Positions 10,053 through 19,945 of a stretch of 64,000 bases of DNA are shown piece by piece. The stretch is from Alistipes sp. GTDB lineage: Bacteria > Bacteroidota > Bacteroidia > Bacteroidales > Rikenellaceae. The notes beneath the pieces were generated by a model. That model made no database searches. It was given only the letters and a program-made list of their open reading frames with translations, and had not been told where the DNA came from. Position numbers and translations under genes: made by a program. The DNA lies in the NCBI GenBank assembly GCA_017424405.1, contig JAFPAD010000082.1:15802-79801 (forward strand). The letters run 5' to 3'. How positions within the stretch are numbered: position 1 is the first letter of the stretch; every line of letters starts with the position of its first letter.

Positions 10053-10307
10053 TGTCTTGACAAAGTATAACGGTTGCAAAAATATCTATTTTTTCTTAAA
10101 TTTTAAAAAGAATATTTATCATAGTCAACGGAATTTTATTCATTGCTTTTGGACGGATATATCAACTCGATAGTTGTTAAATTATTAACACAAAAAAAAC
10201 TATGATTTTAAGTTTGAAATGCATACCTTTGTCATGATTTGAGTTTTTGTAACTCTATTTGTCGAGAAATAAATATTAAATTCATAAAAACAAAATTAGA
10301 CTTAGTT

Positions 10308-13300
10308 ATGGCAGAGAAAAAATTTATCACATGTGATGGTAACTATGCCGCAGCACATATAGCCTACAAATTTTCAGAGGTAGCTGCAATTTACCCCATC
10401 ACACCCTCGTCAACTATGGCAGAGTATGTTGATGAGTGGGCAGCACAAGGCATGAAAAACATGTTCGGTGAGACTGTCAAGGTCGTTGAGATGCAGTCGG
10501 AGGCAGGTGCCGCAGGTGCGGTGCATGGTTCATTGCAGAGTGGTGCTCTTACTTCTACATTTACAGCTTCACAGGGATTGCTTTTGATGATCCCAAATAT
10601 GTATAAAATTGCAGGTGAGCTTCTCCCAGGTGTATTCCATGTATCGGCTCGTGCTTTGGCAGCACAAGCTCTTTCAATCTTTGGCGACCATCAAGATGTG
10701 ATGGCTACACGTCAGACAGGTTTTGCTATGCTTGCTACCTCATCGGTACAGGAGGTTATGGACTTGGCTGGTGTAGCTCACGTAGTGGCGTTGAAGGCTC
10801 GTATTCCTTTCCTTCACTTCTTCGATGGCTTCCGCACATCGCACGAGATTCAGAAGGTGGAGGTTATCGACGATGCATCGCTCACAGCTATGCTCGACCG
10901 CGACGCGTTGAAGGCATTCCGTGCGGCAGCGTTGAATCCTAATCACCCTGTGACTCGTGGTACAGCCCAGAATCCTGATATCTACTTCCAGACTCGTGAG
11001 GCTTGCAATAAGTTCTATGATGCAGTGCCTGACATGGTGGCTGAGGCTATGGCGAAGATCTCTGAGATTACAGGTCGTACATACAAACCATTCACATACT
11101 ATGGTGCAGCAGATGCCGAGCACGTTATTGTAGCTATGGGCTCAGTTAATGAGACTATCAAGGAGACTATTGACTACTTGGCTACTCAGGGCAAGAAGGT
11201 GGGTCTTATCACCGTTCACCTCTATCGTCCATTCTCAGAGAAGTATTTCTTCGACGTGATGCCAGCATCTGTGAAGCGCGTATGCGTGTTGGATCGTACA
11301 AAGGAGCCAGGTGCAAATGGCGAGCCATTGTATCTCGATGTTAAGGAGATGTTCTATGGCAAGGAGAACCAGCCTATGGTTATCGGCGGTCGCTACGGTC
11401 TCTCGTCAAAGGATACAACTCCAGCGCAGATTTTGGCTATCGTGGATAACTTGTTTGCTGCCGAGCCAAAGGATCATTTCACAGTTGGTATCAACGACGA
11501 TGTTACATTCCTTTCACTTCCAGTAGGTGAGGAGGTATCGTTGGCTCAGGCTGGTACTTTCGAGGCTTTGTTCTTCGGTTTGGGTGCCGATGGTACTGTG
11601 GGTGCTAACAAGAACTCAATCAAGATTATCGGTGGTACAACCGACAAGTATTGCCAGGCTTACTTCTCATACGACTCTAAGAAGTCGGGTGGTTACACAT
11701 CTTCGCACTTGCGTTTTGGCGATAACCCAATACGTTCGCCATACTTGGTTACAACACCAGACTTCGTGGCTTGCCACGTTCCATCGTATGTTGATAAGTA
11801 TGATGTGTTGAAGGGCTTGAAGAAGGGTGGCTCATTCTTGTTGAACTCAGTTCACGATGCTGCTACAACTTGCGCTACATTGCCTGACCACATGAAGGCG
11901 TATATCGCAAAGAATAACATCAATTTCTATATCATCAACGCAACAAAGATTGCTGCTGAGCTTGGTTTGGGTAACCGTACCAACACTATCATGCAGTCGG
12001 CATTCTTTAAGATTGCAAACGTAATCCCATTCGAGAAGGCTGTTGAGGAGATGAAGAAGGCTATCTTGAAGTCTTACGGCAAGAAGGGTGAGGATATCGT
12101 TAATATGAACTACGCTGCTGTAGATGCTGGTGGCTCAGCTTTCGAGAAGGTGGAGGTACCTGCGGAGTGGGCTTCAATCGAGGTTAAGGCAGCTGAGAAG
12201 GTTGTGGATATGTCACGCCCTGAGTTCGTACGTAACATCGTTGATCCTATCAACGCTTTGAAGGGTGACGACCTCCCAGTGTCGGCTTTCAATGGTCGTG
12301 AAGATGGTACATGGGATAACGGTACTGCGGCTTACGAGAAGCGCGGTATCGCAGTTAATGTTCCTGAGTGGGACGTAAACAACTGTATCCAGTGTAACCA
12401 GTGTTCTTATGTTTGTCCTCACGCTGCTATTCGTCCGTTCCTCGCAACTGAGGAGGAGGCTGCGGCAAGCGGCTTGGAGTGGAAGCAGGGCTTAGGTGAG
12501 ACAAAGACTTACAAGTTCCGTATTCAGGTGTCACCACTCGATTGTACAGGTTGTGGTAACTGTGTTGATGTATGTCCTTCTAAGACTAAGGCTTTGGTAA
12601 TGAAGCCATTGGAGTCGCAGATGGCTCAGGCAGAGAATTGGAATGCCGTTACAAAGAACGTAGGTTACAAGCAGGTTGTTGATAAGACTAAGAGTGTGAA
12701 GAACTCACAGTTCGCTCAGCCTTTGTTTGAGTTCTCAGGCGCTTGTGCTGGTTGTGGCGAGACATCTTACGTTAAGCTTGTGTCACAGCTCTTTGGTGAG
12801 AATATGATGGTGGCTAATGCAACAGGTTGCTCGTCAATCTACTCAGGCTCGGCTCCATCGACACCATATTGCACAAATGCTAAGGGTCAGGGTCCTGCAT
12901 GGGCTAACTCACTCTTTGAGGATAACGCCGAGTTCGGTTTGGGTATGTACACAGCCACTGAGAAGTTGCGTGACCGCGTTCAGGGTTATATGGAGCAGGC
13001 TATCGCTTCTTGCACAAAGTGCTCTGACGAGTTGAAGGCTGTTATGCAGGAGTGGATTGATAATCGTGGTTCATCGACAAAGACCGCTGAGATTTCAGAG
13101 CGTTTGGTTCCAATGATGGAGGCTTGCGGTTGCGATTGGTGCCAGAAGATTCTTGAGATGAAGGATTGGCTCGTGAAGAAGTCGCAGTGGATTATCGGTG
13201 GTGACGGTTGGGGCTATGATATTGGCTTCGGTGGTGTTGACCATGTGTTGGCATCGGGTGCTGATGTTAATGTCTTGATTGTTGATACTGAGGTTTACTC

Positions 13301-13835
13301 AAATACAGGTGGTCAGTCGTCAAAGGCTACTCCTGTGGGTGCCGTTGCTAAGTTTGCATCAAGCGGTAAGCGTATCCGCAAGAAGGATTTGGGTGCTATT
13401 GCAATGACTTATGGTTATGTATATGTTGCACAGGTATCTATCGGTGCTTCACAGGCACAGCTCTTCAACGTATTGAAGGAGGCTGAGGCATATCCTGGTC
13501 CATCGCTCGTTATCGCTTATGCGCCATGTATCAACCACGGTATCAAGGGTGGTATGACACGCACACAGACCGTAGGTAAGCAGGCTGTTGAGTGTGGTTA
13601 CTGGCACTTGTGGCACTATAACCCACAGCTTGAGGAGCAGGGTAAGAACCCATTTGTGATGGATTCTAAGGAGCCTGATTGGTCGAAGTTCCGTGACTTC
13701 TTGATGAAGGAGGTACGTTACACATCACTCCAGAAGTCATTCCCAGCTGAGGCTGAGGAGCTCTTCGCTGCCGCTGAGGAGAATGCTAAGTGGCGTTACA
13801 ACAGCTACCAGCGTTTGGCTAAGTTGGAGTACTAA
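10308..13835 (+). CDS. nifJ: Pyruvate:ferredoxin (flavodoxin) oxidoreductase
   Basis: AIYPITPSS, EMQSEAGAAG, two CxxCxxCxxxCP ferredoxin motifs, GACAGCGE, GGDGW TPP motif; strong codon bias. Confidence 0.97.
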   Translation: MAEKKFITCDGNYAAAHIAYKFSEVAAIYPITPSSTMAEYVDEWAAQGMKNMFGETVKVVEMQSEAGAAGAVHGSLQSGALTSTFTASQGLLLMIPNMYKIAGELLPGVFHVSARALAAQALSIFGDHQDVMATRQTGFAMLATSSVQEVMDLAGVAHVVALKARIPFLHFFDGFRTSHEIQKVEVIDDASLTAMLDRDALKAFRAAALNPNHPVTRGTAQNPDIYFQTREACNKFYDAVPDMVAEAMAKISEITGRTYKPFTYYGAADAEHVIVAMGSVNETIKETIDYLATQGKKVGLITVHLYRPFSEKYFFDVMPASVKRVCVLDRTKEPGANGEPLYLDVKEMFYGKENQPMVIGGRYGLSSKDTTPAQILAIVDNLFAAEPKDHFTVGINDDVTFLSLPVGEEVSLAQAGTFEALFFGLGADGTVGANKNSIKIIGGTTDKYCQAYFSYDSKKSGGYTSSHLRFGDNPIRSPYLVTTPDFVACHVPSYVDKYDVLKGLKKGGSFLLNSVHDAATTCATLPDHMKAYIAKNNINFYIINATKIAAELGLGNRTNTIMQSAFFKIANVIPFEKAVEEMKKAILKSYGKKGEDIVNMNYAAVDAGGSAFEKVEVPAEWASIEVKAAEKVVDMSRPEFVRNIVDPINALKGDDLPVSAFNGREDGTWDNGTAAYEKRGIAVNVPEWDVNNCIQCNQCSYVCPHAAIRPFLATEEEAAASGLEWKQGLGETKTYKFRIQVSPLDCTGCGNCVDVCPSKTKALVMKPLESQMAQAENWNAVTKNVGYKQVVDKTKSVKNSQFAQPLFEFSGACAGCGETSYVKLVSQLFGENMMVANATGCSSIYSGSAPSTPYCTNAKGQGPAWANSLFEDNAEFGLGMYTATEKLRDRVQGYMEQAIASCTKCSDELKAVMQEWIDNRGSSTKTAEISERLVPMMEACGCDWCQKILEMKDWLVKKSQWIIGGDGWGYDIGFGGVDHVLASGADVNVLIVDTEVYSNTGGQSSKATPVGAVAKFASSGKRIRKKDLGAIAMTYGYVYVAQVSIGASQAQLFNVLKEAEAYPGPSLVIAYAPCINHGIKGGMTRTQTVGKQAVECGYWHLWHYNPQLEEQGKNPFVMDSKEPDWSKFRDFLMKEVRYTSLQKSFPAEAEELFAAAEENAKWRYNSYQRLAKLEY

Positions 13836-13856
13836 TCTTGGGATAGTATATAAATG

Positions 13857-13893
13857 AAAATTCCGCCTGACGAAAGTCGGGCGGAATTTTTTT
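13857..13893. terminator. Bidirectional intrinsic terminator
   Basis: AAAATTCCGCCTGAC-gaaa-GTCGGGCGGAATTTTTTT. Confidence 0.85.
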
Positions 13894-13919
13894 ACCTATC
13901 TGAATTGAGTGTTCCTTTG

Positions 13920-15374
13920 TTACTCCTTAATAGGCTTGTAGATAAACTCGTGGAACTGAGCCTCACCCTCGCCGAAAGAGCAGAGTGCTGGGCGAAGTGA
14001 GATAAAGTCACCGAGCTTGTTGTGGTGCATATTTGCGATGTTGAGGTTCTCGTAGATTACTACCCACTCCTTGCCGTCCTTGCTTGCGCTCATAGTGAGT
14101 GTCTTGCCCTTGTTCTCAAGGCGAAGATGCAATGACTCGCCAAACTTGTTAAGAATCTCATCTTTGCTTGTTGCGCTCTTGTGAATGGTGATTACATTCT
14201 TGCTACATGTTACACCTACAAATGCGTCCTGACGATAGAAGAGCATAAGACCAGCCTCATTTCCCTTGCCGAGAGTGACAGATGTCTCGATGGTATATTT
14301 ATAGTCTGGAGCAGCTGCAATCATCATGCGACCATCTTTAGGCGAAGTACCCTTTGCAGGGACTATTGCCGCACCCTTCTTTGTGGTTACATAGTTGGTG
14401 ATAGGCTCTTTCCAGCCCTGCCACTGCCAACCGATAGCGCTTGAACCGAAGTTGTCAGAGATGTCGAGTGTCATAGGCTTCATGTGTGTAACGTCCAAAT
14501 CCTTGATGGTGCGATACCAACCACCCTTTGTCCATTCGATAGGCTCCATCACAGTGTGGCGACCAATAGCGTGAGCATCTTTCTTGTAGGCGTGATACAT
14601 AATCCACCACTGACCACCAGGACACTCGATCAAGGTTCCGTGTCCGCGTGACCACCACTCCTCAGAAGCCGAGTATGTGTGAACGATAGGGTTGTATGGT
14701 GAGTTCTCCCAAGGACCATAGATATCCTTGGCGCGTGCGCACACTGCCATGTGGCTTGTAGCAGGACCTGCTGTACCACCCATAGCTGATGTCATGTAGT
14801 AGTAGCCGTTGTAGTAGTTGAGCTTTGGTGACTCCAAGCAACCACACTCGGTCTCCCACTCACGAGGATAGCTCCAGCCGCCATAGACATGCTTGGTCTC
14901 ACCTGCGCGAGCCAAACCGTCGTCGGTCAAAGGAGTTACGTGACCTACATTAGTGAAGAGGTAACGCTTACCCTCTGGTGTTACAATCAATCCCGGGTCG
15001 ATACCGTCGATCTTCAAATCGATAGGCTCACTCCAAGGACCTGTAACATCTTTACTCCAGATAACCCAGTTTGAACCAGCGTCTGGATAGTAGATATAAT
15101 ATGTATCACCTACCTTCTGGAAGTCGGGTGCCCAAGCTGACTCCTTCCAATCAGTCAGTGCGTAGCCGATAGGCTCCCAAGAGACCAAATCCTTTGAGTG
15201 CCAAATCAGGAAGCCTGGCTTGTAGTAGTTTGGCGTGTGTGTAAGGTAATAGTCGTCGCCATCTTTGATGATAGATGGGTCGGGATAATCACCCGGCATA
15301 ACGAGCACACTCTGAGCCGATGCCGATGCGATGAACGCGACACAAGCCAAGAGGGTAAAAAGTAATTTTTTCAT
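13920..15374 (-). CDS. Secreted GH43 glycoside hydrolase (xylosidase/arabinosidase-like) with C-terminal beta-sandwich
   Basis: Signal peptide; GDYPDPSI, WAPD, GIDPG, LESPK, GHGTLIE motifs. Confidence 0.9.
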   Translation of the reverse strand: MKKLLFTLLACVAFIASASAQSVLVMPGDYPDPSIIKDGDDYYLTHTPNYYKPGFLIWHSKDLVSWEPIGYALTDWKESAWAPDFQKVGDTYYIYYPDAGSNWVIWSKDVTGPWSEPIDLKIDGIDPGLIVTPEGKRYLFTNVGHVTPLTDDGLARAGETKHVYGGWSYPREWETECGCLESPKLNYYNGYYYMTSAMGGTAGPATSHMAVCARAKDIYGPWENSPYNPIVHTYSASEEWWSRGHGTLIECPGGQWWIMYHAYKKDAHAIGRHTVMEPIEWTKGGWYRTIKDLDVTHMKPMTLDISDNFGSSAIGWQWQGWKEPITNYVTTKKGAAIVPAKGTSPKDGRMMIAAAPDYKYTIETSVTLGKGNEAGLMLFYRQDAFVGVTCSKNVITIHKSATSKDEILNKFGESLHLRLENKGKTLTMSASKDGKEWVVIYENLNIANMHHNKLGDFISLRPALCSFGEGEAQFHEFIYKPIKE

Positions 15375-15399
15375 AGGGGTAAAGTTTTATTGGTTAGGG

Positions 15400-15443
15400 A
15401 AAAAGCAGGAGCTGATTGATATTTGTGAAAATCAAGCTCCCGC
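15400..15443 (-). terminator. Probable terminator after purT
   Basis: Minus strand GCGGGAGCTTGATT...AATCAGCTCCTGC followed by TTTTT. Confidence 0.55.
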
Positions 15444-15470
15444 AGTGATATTCTTTGTAGTATGGATAGC

Positions 15471-16661
15471 TTATCGTGGTAATACCTCCACTTCGAGCTT
15501 TGAATAAGCCTTCTCAGCCTTTGCGAGTGCCTCCTCGACATTCTCGCCACGCGCAAGGATAACGCCCATGCGGCGGTGACCCTTAACCTCGGGCTTACCG
15601 AAGATACGCACCTGAACATCTGGCTCAGCCAAGACCTCCTCCAAGTTCGAGAATACAACCTTGTCGCTGTCGCCCTCAACAACAACTGCCTTCGATGCGC
15701 TTGCGCCGAAGAAGTTAATCTTTGGAATAGGCAGACCGAGGATTGCGCGTGCATGCAGAGCAAACTCCGACAAATCCTGTGAAATCATCGTAACCATACC
15801 TGTGTCGTGTGGACGTGGTGACACCTCGCTAAAGAGTACCTTGTCGCCACATACGAACAACTCTACGCCAAAGATACCATAACCGCCAAGAGCGTCAGTA
15901 ACCTTCTTTGCATACTCCTGTGCCAGTGAGAGTGCCTTCTCGCTCATTGGCTGTGGCTGCCATGACTCGCGGTAGTCGCCATCTACCTGATGATGACCGA
16001 TAGGGTTAAGGAATGATGTGCCGCCACTATGACGAACGGTGAGCAGCGTAATCTCGTAGTCGAACTTCACAAAGCCCTCGACGATAACCTCGCCACCTCC
16101 GGCACGACCACCCTCTTGAGCAATCTTCCATGAGTTGTCGGCATCTTCAGGGGTACGCATAACGCTCTGACCGTGACCCGATGAGCTCATGATAGGCTTC
16201 ACAACACAAGGCGTTCCCACCTTTGCTACGGCAGCGTCAAACTCCTCGCGTGTAGCGGCAAAGCAGTAGGGTGATGTAGGTATGCCAAGTTCCTCGGCTG
16301 CCAACTGACGTATGCCCTTGCGGTTCATTGTAAGCAGCGTGGCATTTGCCGTAGGGATAACATTGTAACCCTCCTTTTCCAATTCTACCAACGTAGGCGT
16401 AGCGATAGCCTCCACCTCGGGAATGATGTAGTCGGGCTTCTCGGTCTCTATAATCTCACGGAGTTTGTCGCCATCGAGCATCGACAACACATACGAACGA
16501 TGCGCCACCTGCATTGCAGGGGCATTAGGGTATTTATCAAGGGCAATAACCTCTACGCCGTAGCGTTGCAACTCTAAAGCCACCTCCTTGCCAAGCTCGC
16601 CCGAGCCGCACAAGATGGCTTTCTTGCCTACTGAGGTCATTGGTGTTCCAATTTTTACCAT
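15471..16661 (-). CDS. purT: Formate-dependent phosphoribosylglycinamide formyltransferase
   Basis: [46 protein letters not shown]. Confidence 0.96.
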   Translation of the reverse strand: MVKIGTPMTSVGKKAILCGSGELGKEVALELQRYGVEVIALDKYPNAPAMQVAHRSYVLSMLDGDKLREIIETEKPDYIIPEVEAIATPTLVELEKEGYNVIPTANATLLTMNRKGIRQLAAEELGIPTSPYCFAATREEFDAAVAKVGTPCVVKPIMSSSGHGQSVMRTPEDADNSWKIAQEGGRAGGGEVIVEGFVKFDYEITLLTVRHSGGTSFLNPIGHHQVDGDYRESWQPQPMSEKALSLAQEYAKKVTDALGGYGIFGVELFVCGDKVLFSEVSPRPHDTGMVTMISQDLSEFALHARAILGLPIPKINFFGASASKAVVVEGDSDKVVFSNLEEVLAEPDVQVRIFGKPEVKGHRRMGVILARGENVEEALAKAEKAYSKLEVEVLPR

Positions 16662-16678
16662 ATTTTTATTGCTGTTTA

Positions 16679-17761
16679 TTATTTCACTTTAGCTTCACAA
16701 TATGCACAACGGTAGCCGTCGGCAGTCTCATGGAATAGTTTGTTTACGTCTTCGATGTTTGATATACACTGACGGTTGCTACAACGCCAATCGTTACGCA
16801 CCAACTCATTACCCAAACGAGGTGTAATCTTGTCGGTAGGACGCTCTGATGACCACTTTAATAAGTTGTAGATAAGAGCCATACGTACAAACTTGCCGTT
16901 CTCAACCTGACGGAAGTAAGCTGCACGTGGGTCGTTGTCTACATCTTGCGTAATCTCGTTCACGCGTGGCAGAGGGTGAAGAATAATCATATCCTTCTTT
17001 GCTGTCTTCAAGCGTTCTGAGTTGAGAATGAAGCTGTCCTTCAGACGCTCAAACTCCTCCTCGTCGAGGAAACGCTCCTTTTGTACGCGAGTCATGTAGA
17101 GAATATCCAATTCAGGCATAACCTCCTCCATTGTAGATACCTCGCGTGTAGGTACGTTGTTCTTGTCGCATACCTCACGACGAATGTATGATGGCAGGCG
17201 AAGCTCCTCGGGCGCAATCAACACTACATTGATACCCTCGTAGCGCGACAATGCCTTAATCAATGAGTGAACCGTACGACCAAACTTTAAGTCACCGCAG
17301 AAACCGATTGTAAGGTTGTTCAGGCGACCCATCTCACGACGTATAGTCAATAGGTCGGTGAGAGTCTGCGTAGGGTGGGCGTGGCTACCGTCACCAGCAT
17401 TGATGATAGGAACCTCCGAGTAGTGTGATGCCACCAACGGAGCACCCTCCTTCGAGTGGCGCATAGCGATGATGTCGGCAAAGCAACCGATTACGCGCAC
17501 GGTGTCGGCAACAGTCTCTCCCTTGGTTACAGACGATGATGCGGCATCTGAAAAGCCCAATACGTTACCTCCCAACTCCATCATTGCTGAAGTGAAACTC
17601 AGGCGGGTACGAGTGCTTGGCTCATAAAAGAGTGTCGCCAACTTCTTACCCTTGCATGCCTCGCTATATTTCTGGCGATTCTCGATGATGTCGAGAGCCG
17701 TAGTTAATATTTGTTCAACCTCATTAACCGAAATGTCGGTTGTGTCTATTAGGTGTCTCAT
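16679..17761 (-). CDS. pyrB: Aspartate carbamoyltransferase catalytic subunit with fused C-terminal PyrI-like zinc domain
   Basis: [23 protein letters not shown]; tail CSNRQC...YRCAYCE. Confidence 0.93.
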   Translation of the reverse strand: MRHLIDTTDISVNEVEQILTTALDIIENRQKYSEACKGKKLATLFYEPSTRTRLSFTSAMMELGGNVLGFSDAASSSVTKGETVADTVRVIGCFADIIAMRHSKEGAPLVASHYSEVPIINAGDGSHAHPTQTLTDLLTIRREMGRLNNLTIGFCGDLKFGRTVHSLIKALSRYEGINVVLIAPEELRLPSYIRREVCDKNNVPTREVSTMEEVMPELDILYMTRVQKERFLDEEEFERLKDSFILNSERLKTAKKDMIILHPLPRVNEITQDVDNDPRAAYFRQVENGKFVRMALIYNLLKWSSERPTDKITPRLGNELVRNDWRCSNRQCISNIEDVNKLFHETADGYRCAYCEAKVK

Positions 17762-17773
17762 GGTGAGATTTTT

Positions 17774-18406
17774 TTATTTGTTAATCCAACTCTCGTCTGA
17801 TGGGTTGTTGCGGAAGGCGATGATGCGTGAGCAGTCCTCCTGCTTGATGTAACCCTCCTCGGCGGCTACCTCTACCAATGCGTCGAGGTCGCAGAGCGAG
17901 TGGTTAATCACCTGAGCCTCCTCCATGCGTACCAAGCCCTTCTTCATGCCGTAGGTGAAGATGCTCACAACACCCAAAACGTCGGCACCAGCCTCGCGCA
18001 ATACATTCACAACCTCGATACAGCTACCGCCTGTTGAGATCAAATCCTCGACAACGACAACCTTCTGACCCTTCTCGAGCTTACCCTCAATCTGGTTTGT
18101 ACGACCGTGGTCCTTTGCGCCGCTACGAACGTAACCCATAGGCTTATCGAGGATTGTAGCCACGATAGCTGCGTGGGCGATACCTGCTGTGCTGGTACCC
18201 ATCAACACCTCGCACTCAGGGAAGTGTGCCTTAACGAGCTCCGACAAGCCCTTCTCTACGTTGTCACGTACACGTGGAGCTGTGAGAGTGAGGCGGTTGT
18301 CGCAGTAGATAGGGCTCTTGATACCACTTGCCCATGTGAATGGCTGCTCGGGTCGCAAGAATACTGCGCCGATTGAAAGCAAATCTTTTGCAATTGTCTT
18401 TTTCAT
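17774..18406 (-). CDS. pyrE: Orotate phosphoribosyltransferase
   Basis: [32 protein letters not shown] motif. Confidence 0.96.
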   Translation of the reverse strand: MKKTIAKDLLSIGAVFLRPEQPFTWASGIKSPIYCDNRLTLTAPRVRDNVEKGLSELVKAHFPECEVLMGTSTAGIAHAAIVATILDKPMGYVRSGAKDHGRTNQIEGKLEKGQKVVVVEDLISTGGSCIEVVNVLREAGADVLGVVSIFTYGMKKGLVRMEEAQVINHSLCDLDALVEVAAEEGYIKQEDCSRIIAFRNNPSDESWINK

Positions 18407-18480
18407 AGTTGTATGGTTTTTCTTTTTTTATTATTCTATATTATTTGTTGACAAAGTCAATCATAAAAGAGGTGACACCT

Positions 18481-19182
18481 CTAACCCACAAACTCAGCTA
18501 CGCAACGCTTGTAAGCTGCTACTGGGTCTGGTGCGTTGGTGATAGGGCGACCCACAACGATGTAGTCGGTGCCAATCTCCTTTGCACGCTCAGGGGTAGT
18601 CACACGCACCTGGTCACCTACCTCGCCATCTGCGAAACGAACACCCGGAGTAACAGTCACGAAACCTGCGCCGCAAGCCTCTTTAACCATGCCTGCCTCC
18701 AATGGAGAACATACCACACCGTCCAAACCTGCAATCTGAGCGTTCTTAGCATAGTGAACAATTGTGTCGTTGATTGAGGCGCCAATGAGCAAATCCTTCT
18801 GCATGCGCTCCTCGCTTGTTGATGTAAGCTGAGTAACGGCAATCAACAATGGGCGAGTGCCGTCTGGGCGTGTCAAACCCTCGAGGGCAGCCTTCATCAT
18901 CTCGATGGTACCTGCTGCGTGGAGGTTGCACATATCAACGTCCATGTGCGAGAGTACCGACATAGCCTTCTTTACGGTGTTTGGAATATCATGCAACTTA
19001 AGGTCGAGGAAAATCTTGTGACCACGGTCTTTGATAGCCTTCACGATAGCAGGACCTGCTGCATAGTAAAGCTCCATGCCAATCTTCACGAAAGGTTTGC
19101 AATCAGTGAATTTGTCAAGGAATGAGAGCGTTGCCTCAGCCGAGCTGAAATCGCACGCAATAATTACATCTCTTTGGCTCAT
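18481..19182 (-). CDS. pyrF: Orotidine-5'-phosphate decarboxylase
   Basis: FVKIGMEL, FLDLKLHDIPNTV, TPGVR, IVVGRPIT. Confidence 0.96.
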   Translation of the reverse strand: MSQRDVIIACDFSSAEATLSFLDKFTDCKPFVKIGMELYYAAGPAIVKAIKDRGHKIFLDLKLHDIPNTVKKAMSVLSHMDVDMCNLHAAGTIEMMKAALEGLTRPDGTRPLLIAVTQLTSTSEERMQKDLLIGASINDTIVHYAKNAQIAGLDGVVCSPLEAGMVKEACGAGFVTVTPGVRFADGEVGDQVRVTTPERAKEIGTDYIVVGRPITNAPDPVAAYKRCVAEFVG

Positions 19183-19332
19183 AGTTCTATATTGTTTTTT
19201 TTGATTTGTATATACTCTTTCATTTCGTAAATTTAGTAATTCTTTCTGAGATTACCAACAACAAAATGAAAATATACGTAAATATATGTATAAGTGACGT
19301 TGTGGTAGCCCAGATGTTTCTCTTGTGACGTG

Positions 19333-19450
19333 CGCAACAAAGCGCAACAAGCGCAACACAACCGCAACAAGCGCAACAAAGCGCTACACCCTGTTGCGGT
19401 GTAGCGGTGTAGCGCTTTTGTGCTAAACGTAAGTCGTGGTGTAGCGCTTT
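19333..19450. repeat. Left arm: tandem GCGCAACAA(A) units plus palindromic AAAGCGCTACACC/GGTGTAGCGCTTT
   Basis: 19363-19420 is the reverse complement of 19946-20003 with 2 mismatches in 58 nt; an extra GGTGTAGCGCTTT copy lies at 19438-19450. Confidence 0.9.
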
Positions 19451-19459
19451 GCGTTGACA

Positions 19460-19940
19460 ACACTGCCTACGGAGTCACTTTTGCTGAGTCGCCTCATGCA
19501 GAAGTATGATACACCCTACGTGGTATATATCCAGTCCTTAACACTCGGTATCTAATGTGTTTACTGTTAGGTAGTTACTTACGAGTGCGAGGGCTAACAT
19601 CGAGCCTACCAACGTATGGTGAATGTTTAATTCCGTAGAGTTATATTTCGGAATTATGTAGTTGTAGGAGGAGATTCCCACGTCGGACAAATATCCTCCT
19701 CGGAATGACATAATACGAAACCATACGAATTATATCTCGTTGCTCTTAGCTTAGAGCTACGTGTCAATCTACCTTAGTTTTTACTACACTATTTTACATG
19801 TGTACTATTCACATTAGGTAGATTTATAGGCATACGTTACTGTACCCTCTGCCGAGCCGAGTGGTGAAAATACATCGTAGGTGGATTCCTTAACTCGGGT
19901 AGAAGAGTGTAGAGACTAAGGGGAATAATTTTGAATTATT
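19460..19940 (+). ncRNA. Candidate large structured non-coding RNA (family unassigned)
   Basis: No credible ORF; more than ten mutually compatible helices found by eye, with G-U wobbles mostly favouring the + strand. Confidence 0.55.
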
Positions 19941-19945
19941 TTACG

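Noticed and set aside
19330-19940. Group II intron (GTGCG at 19330), retron msr-msd, or IscB omega/HEARO RNA
   Set aside because: No convincing domain V hairpin and no RT, IscB or TnpB ORF nearby; the CACCCT...CCAGTCC similarity to omega RNAs is too short to support a call.
19460-19940. RNase P RNA or tmRNA
   Set aside because: No GAGGAAAGTCC signature and no tRNA-like ends on either strand.
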